The position numbers and the translations under genes were made by a program. Below are positions 1 through 11,912 of a stretch of 32,219 nucleotides of DNA, piece by piece. Below the pieces are notes generated by a model. The model ran no database searches, was not told where the DNA came from, and worked only from the letters and a program-made list of their open reading frames with translations. The stretch is from Octopus bimaculoides (lineage: Eukaryota): assembly GCF_001194135.2 (NCBI RefSeq), contig NC_068985.1, forward strand, positions 22,986,170-23,018,388, written 5' to 3'. Numbering within the stretch: the first letter of the stretch is position 1; each line of letters begins with the position of its first letter.

Positions 1-182
1 TTAACACTCCAAATAATGTTTTTTGATTATCTTTTCATTACATTGAGTTATCTGCATATATCACTGAGCCATTCTACTCCTGTTGTTTTAATATGTTTTC
101 TATAAAAGTTATCAAAATTATATTACTGATACACTTCTTGAGATAAATTTTTTTTTAAATATTTCTGAATTTCTATCTTCAG

Positions 183-327
183 TGTGCCAGAACTTGTTTA
201 TATCATCGAGAGTTTGTCTGTAAAGCATTCCATTATCGAGAGAATGGCAAGCAATGCAAGTTGTTTGATACAATGAAGAGTCTGAGCATGAGACCGCTTT
301 CCAGTGGATTTTATTATATACTTTCAC
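183..327 (+). CDS. Exon: C-terminal part of a PAN/apple domain of a mosaic serine protease (phase 0 to phase 1)
   Basis: Acceptor tttctatcttcAG (181-182) and donor c|GTAAGG (328). Translation CARTCLYHREFVCKAFHYRENGKQCKLFDTMKSLSMRPLSSGFYYILS fits the C-x3-C...C-x-(A/S)-F-x-Y...C-x-L PAN/apple pattern. Absent from the ORF track. Splices in frame to the 1823 exon. Confidence 0.85.
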
Positions 328-1822
328 GTAAGGCCATCTTTGATTCTTCATTGTTACCAGAGAACATATTCAGTAATTAACATTGAGCTAAACTCTTTCA
401 ATACTAACCTGCCCAAAACCACTCCTGGTTCTATTCCTGCTTTAATATGATTTAAATTAATGCTTTCCACTAAAATCACATGTTAATTTCTCTTTCAAAC
501 TTCAGATGTAAACTCATTGTCTTTTTTTATGAAATTAATTGAAATAAAGGCAGTTTATTTCAACCGAAATATGTTAACAAATGAGTTAAATAAAAGAAAA
601 TTTAATCATTCTGTTCTCAATACATCAGCAACTGTTTATGTGTATTCAGAATGAAATATATTTTCTAGAAGTTGCGTTTTACAACAAAAAGTGTCTTGTT
701 TCCATATTAGTGATTCGGGTTTGCATCTTGACTTGAGAAAATATCTGTCTAAAAGACTGAGATTTAACGAATGAAGGATTAAGGAGTTGCTTAGAGAATG
801 ATAGAATTGGTTGTGTTGGCAGTAATTGTTGTTATTGTTGGGGATTATGACACTCCACAGTATGGTCTACACACGTTCTAAAAATCTACATTCAATCAGG
901 AAGAAACCTTGTACCTTTTCCAAATGACATTTTGTGTTGGTTCAGAAACTGAAAAATTTCCGCAACTTCTTTTCTCCCAACACTTACCTTTTAACCATGT
1001 AAATACCAAGCAATGCCTATCTTGTTACTTTGCCAAGCCTCAACAATATAGATGAAGCAGTATCTTTTGTCTTGTACCATATACAGATTTTTATAAAAAG
1101 TATTTTAACTAAATTTCTGGTTATAATTTTTTTTAAATATAGAGTAGGAATGTTCTTAATTCCTGAAACCAGAATTGGTTTCTGTTTCTGAGCTATGAAC
1201 AAATCACTACTTATTCCAGTTTGACTGACAAAAACAAGATCCATTCCTACCTCACAGTTGAGCAGGAAAGTGCAGAAGCAAGACAAATAAGAATGTATAA
1301 AAGAATCATAAAAATATATGGGTTAATTAGGGTGAGTTTCAGCTTAGCTGTATGATATTTAGTTTGTTGTCTTAATTATCTAAATTTAATAAAGTTAACT
1401 TAGACTTTCCTATTATTGAAAATTGCAAAATAAATTCTATAAATCAAGTGTGGAACCCATCTTTAACTCCAGATAAAAGCCAGTGTAAAAGTTACAAACT
1501 GCAATTCCAAAGTTTGAATTCATAGAATTAATGGAACAATAAATTTTATGGCTGAATGTCCTTCTTAAAATAATGACGTACCCAACCAAGGAACAGGAGT
1601 TATACTTATTTTCAGCAAGATGAATTAAAACTATAGTCATAAAGTCTATATCTGAGAGTAGAATACAATGTCAGTGATGAGGTTTGAATCTAATATATTT
1701 TGCTTTAAAGTTCTGTTTTTAAACCTTTTAGTTATTGTTATTAACTCATGTCCAAATGTTTATTACTGTATCTGTTTATATTTTCCATTTAATAATTTTT
1801 TTCATGGTGTTGATTCTTGTAG

Positions 1823-1933
1823 AAAACTGCACTGCCACAGGCTTCCAATGCCAGAATGGAAGATGTATTCCAGAGGAGGAAAAATGTAATGGAAGGGATG
1901 ACTGCAATGATTTTTCCGATGAACAAGACTGTG
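1823..1933 (+). CDS. Exon: LDL-receptor class A module 1 (phase 1-1)
   Basis: AG at 1821-1822, donor GTATGT at 1934. [36 protein letters not shown] has 6 Cys and the acidic DCxDxSDE motif. Confidence 0.95.
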
Positions 1934-1954
1934 GTATGTAATATTTTATATATA

Positions 1955-1994
1955 TATATGTATGGGTGTATGTATCTGTCTCTCTGTCTGCCTG

Positions 1995-2058
<64 letters not shown>

Positions 2059-2118
2059 GCTAGCTAGCTAGCTAGCTATCTATCTCACTTTCTCTTGCAC
2101 ACACACACACACACGCAC
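1955..2118. repeat. Compound microsatellite (TA/TG, TATC, TAGC, CA) running into an assembly gap
   Basis: Direct reading: long (TATC)n, (TAGC)n, then (CA)n before the Ns at 2119. Confidence 0.95.
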
Positions 2119-2639
2119 NNNNNNNNNNNNNNNNNNNNNNNNNNNNNNNNNNNNNNNNNNNNNNNNNNNNNNNNNNNNNNNNNNNNNNNNNNNNNNNNNN
2201 NNNNNNNNNNNNNNNNNNNNNNNNNNNNNNNNNNNNNNNNNNNNNNNNNNNNNNNNNNNNNNNNNNNNNNNNNNNNNNNNNNNNNNNNNNNNNNNNNNNN
2301 NNNNNNNNNNNNNNNNNNNNNNNNNNNNNNNNNNNNNNNNNNNNNNNNNNNNNNNNNNNNNNNNNNNNNNNNNNNNNNNNNNNNNNNNNNNNNNNNNNNN
2401 NNNNNNNNNNNNNNNNNNNNNNNNNNNNNNNNNNNNNNNNNNNNNNNNNNNNNNNNNNNNNNNNNNNNNNNNNNNNNNNNNNNNNNNNNNNNNNNNNNNN
2501 NNNNNNNNNNNNNNNNNNNNNNNNNNNNNNNNNNNNNNNNNNTTTTACAGAGTATACTGGATGTTTGTTATGTGGTGCCACCACCAACACCAGTACATTT
2601 TACATGGTACCTATGTTTTACAATACCAATTCTGTTGTA

Positions 2640-2818
2640 AGGCGGCGAGCTGGCAGAAACGTTAACATGCTGGGCAAAATGCTTAGCAGTATTTTGTCTG
2701 TCTTTACATTCTGAGTACAGATTCTGCTGAGGTCGACTTTACCTTTCATCTTTTCAGGGTCAAGAAATTAAGTACCAGTTGCATACTAGGGTCGATCTAA
2801 TTGACTGGCCCCCTCCCC
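2640..2818 (+). mobile_element. SINE-like repeat, family A, copy 1
   Basis: ggcggcgagctggcagaa...gaggtcgactttacctttcatc...agtaccag...ggtcgatctaattgac. Colinear with the copy at 3812-4010. Confidence 0.75.
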
Positions 2819-3008
2819 AAAAATGTTAGGCCTTGTGCAAAAATTTTGGGCCCCAGCATGGCCACAGTCTAATGGCAGAAACAAGTAGAACACATACACA
2901 CACCCATACATATTATAAGATGCATTCATTATTTCATATTTTTTTATGCATTGTATTGGCATTTTTATTTCATGCATTGTATTGGCATTTTTATTTTCAA
3001 AACAACAG

Positions 3009-3159
3009 GGATTCCTGAAATGCTTGAGATTCGACTTGCAGATGGAGAAGAACATTCTGGAAGAGTAGAGATAAAATATCTTAATGAATGGGGTGTAGTG
3101 TGTGATGACAAGTGGGACATAAAAGATGCTAACGTTGTTTGTCGTATGCTTGGATACAC
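3009..3159 (+). CDS. Exon: SRCR domain 1, N-terminal half (phase 1-2)
   Basis: AG at 3007-3008, donor GTGAGT at 3160. [44 protein letters not shown] is a canonical SRCR start. Confidence 0.95.
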
Positions 3160-3811
3160 GTGAGTAGCCAACATTCAAGATATGTAATAAATTTAGGATA
3201 GGAACAGTGACATGTTAGTAATCAATCATGCAATTTTTGATACAAAACTGAATGATTACTGTAAAAAAAAATTAATCCAGAATAGTTAATTTAGTATCAA
3301 AATGATGACTAGCATATTCATTCTTGATTTGTTCTGGTAGATTCGTATGTGAATANNNNNNNNNNNNNNNNNNNNNNNNNNNNNNNNNNNNNNNNNNNNN
3401 NNNNNNNNNNNNNNNNNNNNNNNNNNNNNNNNNNNNNNNNNNNNNNNNNNNNNNNNNNNNNNNNNNNNNNNNNNNNNNNNNNNNNNNNNNNNNNNNNNNN
3501 NNNNNNNNNNNNNNNNNNNNNNNNNNNNNNNNNNNNNNNNNNNNNNNNNNNNNNNNNNNNNNNNNNNNNNNNNNNAAACATTCATCTGATGAAATACGAC
3601 AGTGATTAGCATATTCTTGTTTGAATCTGCCAGAATGAATTAAGAATAAATATGTAACTTAATATCATTCTCTCAAAGTTATCTTGTTCCCATAACTGTT
3701 GTACAAGAGTTCAGTAGATTTATCCTCATTGTTGCATGGTTTCTTTCTCTTAAATTTTTTCCTGGGCTTTGGGAGAGATCACAATTGGTATCATTAATAA
3801 GTTGCTGAAGG

Positions 3812-4010
3812 AGGTGAGCTGGCAGAATTATTAGCATGCCAGGTATAATGTATAACAGCAATTTGTTTGTCTTTAAGTTCTGAGTATAAATTCCACCAAG
3901 GTCAACTTTACCTTTCATCCTTTCAGAGTCAATAAATTAAATACCAGTCAAATACTGGGGTCAATGTAATCGACTTCTCCTCTCCCACAATATTTCAGGC
4001 CTTGTGCCTA
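3812..4010 (+). mobile_element. SINE-like repeat, family A, copy 2
   Basis: gaggtgagctggcagaa...aaggtcaactttacctttcatcctttc...ataccag...ggccttgtgc. Homologous to 2640-2836. Confidence 0.75.
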
Positions 4011-4692
4011 TGATAAAAAGGATTATTAATAAGTTGTAACATAATTGGATAGACCAATTTATATATTAAACACATTGCTGGCAACTGGTATATTTATTTT
4101 ATTGCTTGCAAGGGAACATTATTTTGTTTTGTTGACAAAAAAAAAAAAAAAAATCAGTATAATACTGTGTCCTTCTATGTGTTAACAGTGCTTTAACTTT
4201 CATTTTATGATTATAGATTTTCTTTAGAATTCAGAGCCAGTACAGTCACAACATTTCACAAAAAAAAAAATGTATCTATGTAAACAGTGTGATCAAAGAT
4301 TGAGTAAATAGGTAATGTTTTGCAGCCCAGTCCACTATGTGTAAATTTGTATTCTAAGCTGACACTACTTACAATTACATGGAATGAAAGAAGTTTGAAA
4401 CTGTAAAATGTATTTTTTTATCATGAGGTGCTGAGAAGAAGTTTATCTAAAGGCTTGGAAACTTCTATAAGGAACTACTCCAGCATATCCGCTTTTTATG
4501 AAATCCAGAAAAAATTGCATCACATGGATTTTAATATCTTTATGACATCTTTCTGTAATGGTGTAAAAGTGTTTGATAATAATAATAACATCTCTCTTTT
4601 AGTTGGGATTATTGCTTTCATAGCAGGATCTGAACTCTTATTTTGTATAAAAAGGTACTTCATTATAGTTTGTGTGCTATGATAGAAATTCT

Positions 4693-5052
4693 ATTATTAC
4701 CTCCGCCTTAGTGAATGTATTGATTTCATTCATGTTTGTTTGCCTGTGGAAAAGATATCTCAAGAACTGCTTGATGGATTCGAATGAAACTTTCAGGGAT
4801 GTTTAGCCTCGTGACTGGCACAAACCAATTAGATTTTGTGATCAATCCAGTACCAGACAAGGATTCTGGATTACTTTTCTGATTTTATTACTTAATTTTT
4901 GAGAGCGGTTGGGTTCATTTTCAGTATTCTTGTTTGTGAGAGCAGTCGACTTTATTTCAGATATTCTCATTTTAAAAGTCATCTCCACCTAATTGTTGAG
5001 AGGACGTCAGTGTTGCCTTGGTGGAGGTTTGTGCTCTCTGAATGCTCTTGTT
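4693..5052 (+). mobile_element. Non-autonomous Helentron/DINE-like element (putative)
   Basis: 5' ttattACCTCCGCC (4699-4707) and subterminal inverted partner GGTGGAGGT (5020-5028). A gtttgtttgcctgt tract follows the 5' motif, and a short imperfect 3' stem gtgctctctgaatgc precedes the terminal cttgtt. This layout is typical of Helentron-associated non-autonomous elements. Assignment is from recalled consensus, not a database search. Confidence 0.6.
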
Positions 5053-5124
5053 ATGAGATAATAATTATTGAAATATTAGAGAGTCAAATTCTGAGCATTG
5101 CAAAATTGATATAGCATAACATGT

Positions 5125-5129
5125 ACAGA

Positions 5130-5217
<88 letters not shown>

Positions 5218-5253
5218 TTGTCTGCCTNNNNNNNNNNTATCTATCTATCTATC

Positions 5254-5304
<51 letters not shown>

Positions 5305-5342
5305 TTATCTATCTATTTATCTATTTATCTATCTATCTATCA
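5125..5342. repeat. (TATC)n microsatellite
   Basis: Direct reading; interrupted by a short N run. Confidence 0.95.
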
Positions 5343-5419
5343 ACCTGTCTGAGTATAAGTAAACATTATCTTAAGTCTGGTTACCTGGTTTCCATGACAT
5401 ATAAGTTGTTGTAGTTACA

Positions 5420-5600
5420 TCACTACCCCTGAATGGGGCACCAGATTGTCACAATGTTACTCATTTACAACTGAGTGTCCTAATGCACTGTGCAGTGAAG
5501 TGTTTTACACAAGAACACAATAAACTGCCCTGTCCAGGAATTGAAACCATATCTTGTGATTGTGAATGCTATACCCTAGCAGCTTGGTCATGCACCTTCA
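5420..5600 (-). mobile_element. tRNA-derived SINE fragment (antisense)
   Basis: The reverse complement has a B-box-like ggtttcaattcc. The segment gaagtgttttacacaagaacacaa is shared with 14885-15320 and, in the opposite orientation, with 9560-9700. Confidence 0.6.
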
Positions 5601-5619
5601 CACACTCAGATACACATAT

Positions 5620-5772
5620 ACAATATATATATATATATATATATATATGAGTGTGTATGTGTGTGTATGTGTGAGTGTGTGTGTGTGTGTGCTCGCGCTT
5701 GTGTGTATGTATATGTATACACACACACACACACACACACACACATGCGCACACACACACACATATATATAT
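5620..5772. repeat. Compound (TA)n/(TG)n/(CA)n microsatellite immediately upstream of the SRCR1b acceptor
   Basis: Direct reading. Confidence 0.95.
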
Positions 5773-5795
5773 AATCTTTTTTGTTTACTTATTAG

Positions 5796-5974
5796 AGCTG
5801 CAGTCAAAGCTATTCCTTTTTCCAATTTTGGACCTGGAAATGCGAACTTCTTACTAACCAATGTTGAATGTTTAGGAAATGAAACAAGCTTGTTAGACTG
5901 TCCCAAAAGTCCATGGCGTCAGCACAACTGCAAAAGACATGAGACTGCTAGTGTCATTTGTAAATTAGACAAAG
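5796..5974 (+). CDS. Exon: SRCR domain 1, C-terminal half (phase 2-1)
   Basis: AG at 5794-5795, donor GTAAGA at 5975. AAVKAIPFSNFGPGNANFLLTNVECLGNETSLLDCPKSPWRQHNCKRHETASVICKLDK completes a 6-Cys (group A) SRCR. Confidence 0.95.
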
Positions 5975-6199
5975 GTAAGATTGTTTTTGTATTGTATCAG
6001 AACTTGTACACTATCCTTATAGAAGAACCTGTTGTGTTAAATATGTCGAATTGAATTACATTAAATTGTTTCTTCATGTTCCAGTTGCAAAGGTCCATCT
6101 TCAGAAGAAAAGAACCGTCTAAGAAAAGTCTAGTGATGTAGCAACTGTTAATCCATTCAAACTCTTCTGTGTTCATGTAACAGCAGCAGTCACTCTTCA

Positions 6200-6420
6200 A
6201 GTGTAGGTATAATCATTGTAGCACCCACTTTGAGGACCTATGGTGTAAACAAACAACAAACACCGGTCAGCTGGCAACACTTAAAGGGCGACTGGCACTA
6301 CTATTACTACTACTACTGTTGATATAATGCCGTCACACTACAAGTGGTGAGTAGCTTATAGCAATAGCTGGGTGTTTGTTTGTTTATGCCAAAGCATGGG
6401 ACATTGATTATACCTACGTT
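6200..6420. mobile_element. MITE-like element with imperfect terminal inverted repeats
   Basis: gtaggtataatca (6203-6215) pairs with tgattatacctac (6405-6417). Inner taaacaaacaacaaacacc pairs with ggtgtttgtttgttta. Confidence 0.55.
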
Positions 6421-6822
6421 TGGAGAACAATCGGTGCTGTTACATAACTGCTGGGGAGTTTTAATGGATTAATGACTCCTACATAACTGGACTTTTCTTA
6501 GATTGTTCTTTTCTTCTGAAGATGGGCCTTTGTGCCTGAAATATAAAGGTTTTATTAAACTTTCCACATTGTCAAAAGCTGTCTGTTTTCCCTCTTTTTA
6601 CATTCTTCAATATTACAATGCTTCAAGTGAACTACAATGCTCTTATGTTTCTTCCTATCACTCATACTGGAGAATATTAATTTTACTCATTAGGGAGTGA
6701 ATTGAAGTGAGTGGACTGGTACTTATTTTATGTCCAACAGAAAATAATTATCAGTAAAATAACGAAGTCAATTGAATTTCCTTCTCCAAAACTTGTGGGT
6801 TTGTGTCCAAGTAAGAACCATT

Positions 6823-7080
6823 CATCATCATCATCATCATCATCATTATCATCATAGTTTAACGTTCGCTTTCCATGCTGGCATGGGTTGGACGGTTTGA
6901 CTGAGGACTGGCAAACCAAGAGGCTGCACCAGACTCCAATCTGATCTGACAATGTTTCTACAGCTGGAAGCACTTCCTAATGCCAATCACTCTGAGAGTG
7001 TAGTGGGTGCTTTTTATGTTCCACTGGCACAGGAGCCAGTCAAGTGTCACTGGCAATGACCACACTCAAATGGTGCATTT
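6823..7080 (-). mobile_element. 3' end of an RTE-type LINE or derived SINE with (GAT)n tail
   Basis: (CAT)n followed by gtttaacgttcgctttccatgctggcatgggttggacgg. The same terminal sequence ends the RTE ORF-bearing copy at 12506-13800. Confidence 0.8.
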
Positions 7081-7174
7081 TCTTCACTATACTTGTTGCA
7101 ACCCTCAAATTTTTTTCAGCATTTCCTGGTGACTTACTCTTCATTAATTGCAGTATTTGTTGCTGAATATAGTA

Positions 7175-7255
7175 ATTGTTATTGTTGTAGCTGCTGCTGT
7201 TGTTCTTGCAGTTGTTGTTGTTGCTGCTGTTGTTTCTACTGTTGTTCTTGCAGTT
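7175..7255. repeat. (GTT/GCT)n trinucleotide microsatellite
   Basis: Direct reading; it creates the spurious poly-Cys ORF 7093-7287. Confidence 0.9.
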
Positions 7256-9559
7256 TAGCTGTTATTCTTGCACTCAACTATCTATGACTGTCTGCTTCAT
7301 TTGCTCTCTTTATACTGACTGATGTTACCTTATTTATAACGACTAACACATACCACTTGACACGTGGGAGGGGTGTACCATTATCACTATTATCCCAACA
7401 ACAATAACCCAGGACACCTGCTAAACCAGACCCTTTCACAGTTCATTCCAGAGCCCCTGTTGCCATTGATTACATCATTGTTATTATTATTAATTTTCAT
7501 TGAATGTGGTTTGCTTTTTAGAGCCTTCCAAAAGTAAAAAAAAAAAGGTGAATGATGATGACACTGTTGGTATGCCAATTGATGCCTGTGCATGATGCTT
7601 TTTAAACTAAGGAAAGGCCTTGTACACAACCAATTCCACTCTCTGAACAACAGTAACAAATACCCCAAAAGAAAAACCTAGACAACATCATTGGCTGTTA
7701 TTGAGCTGCAGATTATACATCAAAGTTTTCCTTCTCCTAGACTGGTGTCCAGATAAGGATGAGGGATCTCTTACTCTCAATAATGTGATATACCATGCCT
7801 ACATTCTCATTCTCATGGTTCTCTGTTGTGCCTTCTAATTGTTGAAAATATGTTGATCCACTGTGCAGCCACTGTGTCTTCTGCACCAAAGACACTAATT
7901 TGTTGATGATTACTGCAGAAACAACGACTTTCCATGAGAAATAGCTGGATTATTAAGTCCATATACACAGTATTGGAAGGCTGTTGTGTCTGGTCATTCA
8001 TGATGTCTACTGGTAATATGTAATCCAGTACAATCTGCTGCATCGTTGGGTTGTCAGTAACTAAACTGGCAATTCCACTAAGCTTTGGACATCCTACAGG
8101 TTGAAAGGCAAGCCAGATACACACACACACACACACACATACATGAAGCTTCTTTTAGTTTCTCTCTAGAAAATCCTTTCACAAGATGGTTGGCCTGGAG
8201 CTATAGTAACAGACACTTAAAAGATGAAGTAGTGCAATGGGCAGGAGATTTTTGAAGGGCATGCATGATCATGAATGTGCATGAGTGCAGGGTGTGGGAG
8301 AAATTAATTTGTTGTTTATAGTGAAAGGTTTGCTCATGGAAAGGAGCTAACTCGTGGTTTTGACCAGTGGAACTAACCAACATATGTTTTCTATATTTGT
8401 AAAGGGCAAGAAGATAATACTTAACTTTTAGAGTTCAGGTAGACTGCTGGGTGGAGTGTATCCTTCAACATAATCCTTTTCTCTGTTAAACAAAGCCTGC
8501 ACCTTCTACTACCATTGAGGCAAAGTCTGAACTTTTCCAGAAATCTCTAGTGATGTTCAGTATTTACTTTCAATAACCATATGCATTTTGCCAATGTTGT
8601 GACATTATGTCTCACTTGTATTTTAAAAAATGACCTGTGATTACTGAGACTGACTTTAAAGAAACCTTCTATTGCATCCACATATCTCTATACTTGATTT
8701 TGATTGAACAAACCTATGCTCATAGACATACAGACCATGATCATCCCATTTGAGTATCTGTGTAGAGGCTCTCTTATATTGGTTTGCAGCTAACTGAGTA
8801 GTTTAAATATCTGAAAGGGCAATCATTACTGATTCTTGTTCTTATAAAGGACTTGAGTCTTTATAAAGAAATCAAGATAATTGAAAAGTGTTCTAATAAG
8901 TGTTTCAAGTATGTTAATATATTTGTTTAAAGGAAATTGCTGTTGATAGATTGTTAGGCTGTTGCCTTACAACACTAAAGATTGCAATTTGTTAGATATA
9001 GAAGAATTATATACGATTTGTCTCAGTCAGCATGATGACAAACATACTACTAATGCTTATTTTATCAACCAATGTGAGAGCCTTGACCTGTTAAAAATAG
9101 CAGCCAAATCTCCTTCAAAGCACTTCTGATTAATAAAAAAAAAAGGCCACATTGAACAATATAGTTCTAGATATGTAAAAGATAGGATGGCCAAGGTTGG
9201 AATGCCTCTGTTTATAGGTTTGCTCAATAAAGGCTGACCCGAGAGCTAAACAACAACAATAACAATCTGTTTCACATTTGTCTAGAAATTCTTTTTAAAA
9301 TAATATATTATTGTGGACTATAGCTCCTCTATATACTAAGTTAATAAAAATAAAGCCAATATGCTTATCAATGGTTCAAAAATTGCTAGTCTTTGTGCTC
9401 CAGAAAGTAAACTTATGAACTGTTATGGATAATATGATCTGATCTGACCTCACAGCAATAGTGAAATTCAAAATAACATAAGAAATATAACCAAACTGAA
9501 AACATAATCAAAATATTTGCATTACATTTGTATTTGGAAAACTATTCAACCAATGATGT

Positions 9560-9890
9560 GAAGACACATGGCTAAGTTGTTAGGGGTGTTCAGTTCACAA
9601 TCATAAGGTTGTATGGATCAGTTCCTGGACTGGGTGGTGTGTTGTATTCTAAGTTAGGTACTTTGTTTCACTTTGTCCCAATGTATATGCTATAATGCGT
9701 ACCAACCAGAGTGCCAGCACAGCCTTCTCTTTCCCCAGCATTCACATCCTGGTTGGACTCCTAGGTTAGGGGTAACAACACTGAAAAGGTATCTATGTCT
9801 GCTTACAATTATGTATCTACCTGAAACAATTCATGAATGCATGATACATGTCACCAAGCCATATTTACTCATGAGTGAGGACTGGCTATA
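9560..9890 (+). mobile_element. Degenerate tRNA-derived SINE
   Basis: catggctaagttgttagg...cacaatcataaggttgtatggatcagttcctgga. Reverse-complement similarity to 15000-15310. Confidence 0.5.
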
Positions 9891-10150
9891 ATGTACTCTA
9901 CTAAACCAATACTACTAATACAGAATTATTAGGTGTAAAATTCTTTAAAAAAGAACAACACAATATTAAAGTGAATATAATTGTGTATAATAACTCTATA
10001 TTTTAAAAATATTTATTTACACATAAGATATTTATGTTTTTATGATATATAAACTCCACTTGTTATCACATTTTTTAAAGTTATCTATATTGAAGAAATA
10101 ATTTTATTTATTACTTTGATGGGGCTTTTTTTTTTTTTTGTATATTTCAG

Positions 10151-10258
10151 GGTGCCCCCCAAATCAGTTTGAATGTGCTAACTCACAGTGTCGAAATATA
10201 GACCAAATATGTGACACAGTTAATAATTGTGGTGATAACAGTGATGAAAAATATTGCA
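10151..10258 (+). CDS. Exon: LDL-receptor class A module 2 (phase 1-1)
   Basis: Acceptor tttcAG (10149-10150), donor GTGAGT at 10259. [35 protein letters not shown] has 6 Cys and NCGDNSDE. Absent from the ORF track. Confidence 0.93.
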
Positions 10259-10319
10259 GTGAGTATAATTATGATATCTAAACATACAAACATTATCTAT
10301 TCTCTTCATTTATGAAAAA

Positions 10320-10712
10320 GGTTAAAGTAGCTGATATGGTTCCAGGTTCAGTCCCATTGCATGGCACCTTGGGCAAGTGTTTTTTACTGTAGCCTTCAGC
10401 TGACCAAAGTCTTGTGAGTGGATTTGGTAGACAGAAACTGAAAGAAGCCTGTCATATGTATATATATATGTATATATCTATGTGTGTGTGTGTGTCTTTG
10501 TGACTGTGTTTGTCCCCACCATCACCGCTTGACAACTGGTGTCGGTGTGTTTATGTCTATGTAACTTAGTGGTTCAGCAAAAGAGACCGATAGAATAAAT
10601 ATTAAGCTTAAATAATAAGTCCTGGGGTTGATTTGTTTGACTAAAAAGCCCTTCAAAGTGTTGCTCCAGCATGGCCCGCAGTCATCTGACTGAAGCAAGT
10701 AAAAGAATAGGT
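10320..10712 (+). mobile_element. tRNA-derived SINE, family B, with internal TA/TG microsatellite
   Basis: B-box-like ggttcagtccc, then ggcaccttgggcaagtg, an internal (TA)(TG) tract, and a 3' ccagcatggcc...gaagcaagtaaaagaa end also seen at 2851-2890. Confidence 0.7.
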
Positions 10713-10894
10713 GTAAAAGTTTTATCTTAGAATGAAGACCACATCAATATCTAAGAATATGGCCACTATGTAAATGATTTTATCTTTTATATTGATGTAT
10801 AGAAAAATTTCAAAGCCTGTATATACATTGGACTAACTATTCCAAGTACACTTTACTTTCACGTTCTCTTACTGCCAGTCATCACCTCTAACTC

Positions 10895-11490
10895 CTTTAG
10901 TATATATATAGACAATCCAACCATCCCAAAAACATTATTAAAAACCTAGTAAGGAACATATTTCTAAAACTTTCTTTTTTATCTTCAAATGAAAAAATAC
11001 AAAATGAAATAGCAACTCCATATAATGAAGCTCTCAAGAACAGTGGTTACAAAGACAAAGTGCAATGTATAAACAATAAACTTCCTACAATGAATAAAAA
11101 AAAAGTACGAATAGAAAAAGGAAAATCATTTGGATTAGTCCCACCCTTCAACATGCAAGCTAAATTATTTTTCAAAATATTGCAAAAAACACTTCTACCC
11201 TAACCACAATTACTACAAACTAATACACAAACACTATAAAATTGTCATTGTCTACAAAGAACAACTTTGAAAAAAAACTGTAGCTAATTACAACCTACAA
11301 AAATTGTCTAAAAGGGAAAACCTAAATCATACACATGATAACAACTGCAATTTCAGAACATCTTTATCCTGTTCTCTTGAAGGAAATTGTCTCTCAAGCA
11401 ATATTATCTATAACGCAACAGTAAACATGAATACAACACCAACTATTATATCTACATACATAGGATCTTCAGCAAACCAGTTCAAGATAT
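10895..11490 (+). mobile_element. Penelope-like retroelement remnant 1 (RT thumb/linker plus start of GIY-YIG endonuclease), frameshifted
   Basis: YRQSNHPKNIIKNL...LSSNEKI...PYNEALKNSGYK, then in a shifted frame NRKRKIIW, and NCNFRTSLSCSLEGNCLSSNIIYNATV...TYIGSSANQFK (Cys-rich motif plus IIY...YIG). Confidence 0.85.
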
Positions 11491-11544
11491 TGTTTATATT
11501 ATTGTATGATTGAATGCCATGCATCCATTTCCAAGTAAGTTTAT

Positions 11545-11561
11545 CTCTCTCTCTCTCTCTG

Positions 11562-11612
<51 letters not shown>

Positions 11613-11623
11613 CTGTGTGTGTG

Positions 11624-11673
<50 letters not shown>
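11545..11673. repeat. Compound (CT)(TA)(TG)(TAGA)(GA) microsatellite
   Basis: Direct reading. Confidence 0.95.
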
Positions 11674-11678
<5 letters not shown>

Positions 11679-11885
11679 TATGAGAGGTAATGGTGTCAAT
11701 AAAACCCAAAGGTGTCAGGTGATGCTGAGTAAGTGCTATGGATAGACCATAGTTAAGCTCCAGGTTCGGTGATTATGCGAATAAGGAGTCCAATGTATCA
11801 CCATGTGCATATATAAAAAAAAATTTTTCCAGAATGAGATAAAAAAACCAAGGCTGTGAAGATTTTAGTACATTTATAAATAAAA

Positions 11886-11912
11886 GGTCTTACAGCTGTT
11901 TCCAGGATATTT
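11886..11912 (-). ncRNA. Inverted partial copy of the hammerhead; the CUGAUGA half is predicted to lie in the N gap 11913-11950
   Basis: Reverse complement reads aaatatcctgGAAACagctGTAagacc, identical to 12109-12135. Confidence 0.7.

Noticed and set aside
118-351. Minus-strand ORF of 77 aa in the ORF track
   Set aside because: It is the antisense shadow of the + strand PAN/apple exon 183-327, which has proper splice sites and a domain motif.
798-881. Short ORF MIELVVLAVIVVIVGDYDTPQYGLHTF resembling a signal peptide (possible alternative first exon)
   Set aside because: The hydrophobicity comes from GTT/ATT low complexity. The only phase-1 donor (GTCTAC) is weak, and the consensus-like GTATGG donor is in the wrong phase for the LDLa exon.
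1173-1331. Open frame ending at a perfect GTGAGT donor (1332)
   Set aside because: The donor is phase 0, incompatible with the phase-1 flanking exons. The acceptor is weak and there is no domain similarity.
2946-2998. 26-27-bp tandem duplication just upstream of the SRCR1a acceptor
   Set aside because: Real but an ordinary slippage duplication. It contains no extra AG, so no alternative acceptor is created.
3586-3600. CTGATGA motif next to a gap
   Set aside because: No downstream stem II, GAAAC or NUH arrangement; not a hammerhead.
7400-8400. Minus ORFs 7390-7668 and 7813-8136 and probable old repeat sequence
   Set aside because: No recognisable protein motif in any frame I translated; cannot be assigned without a database search.
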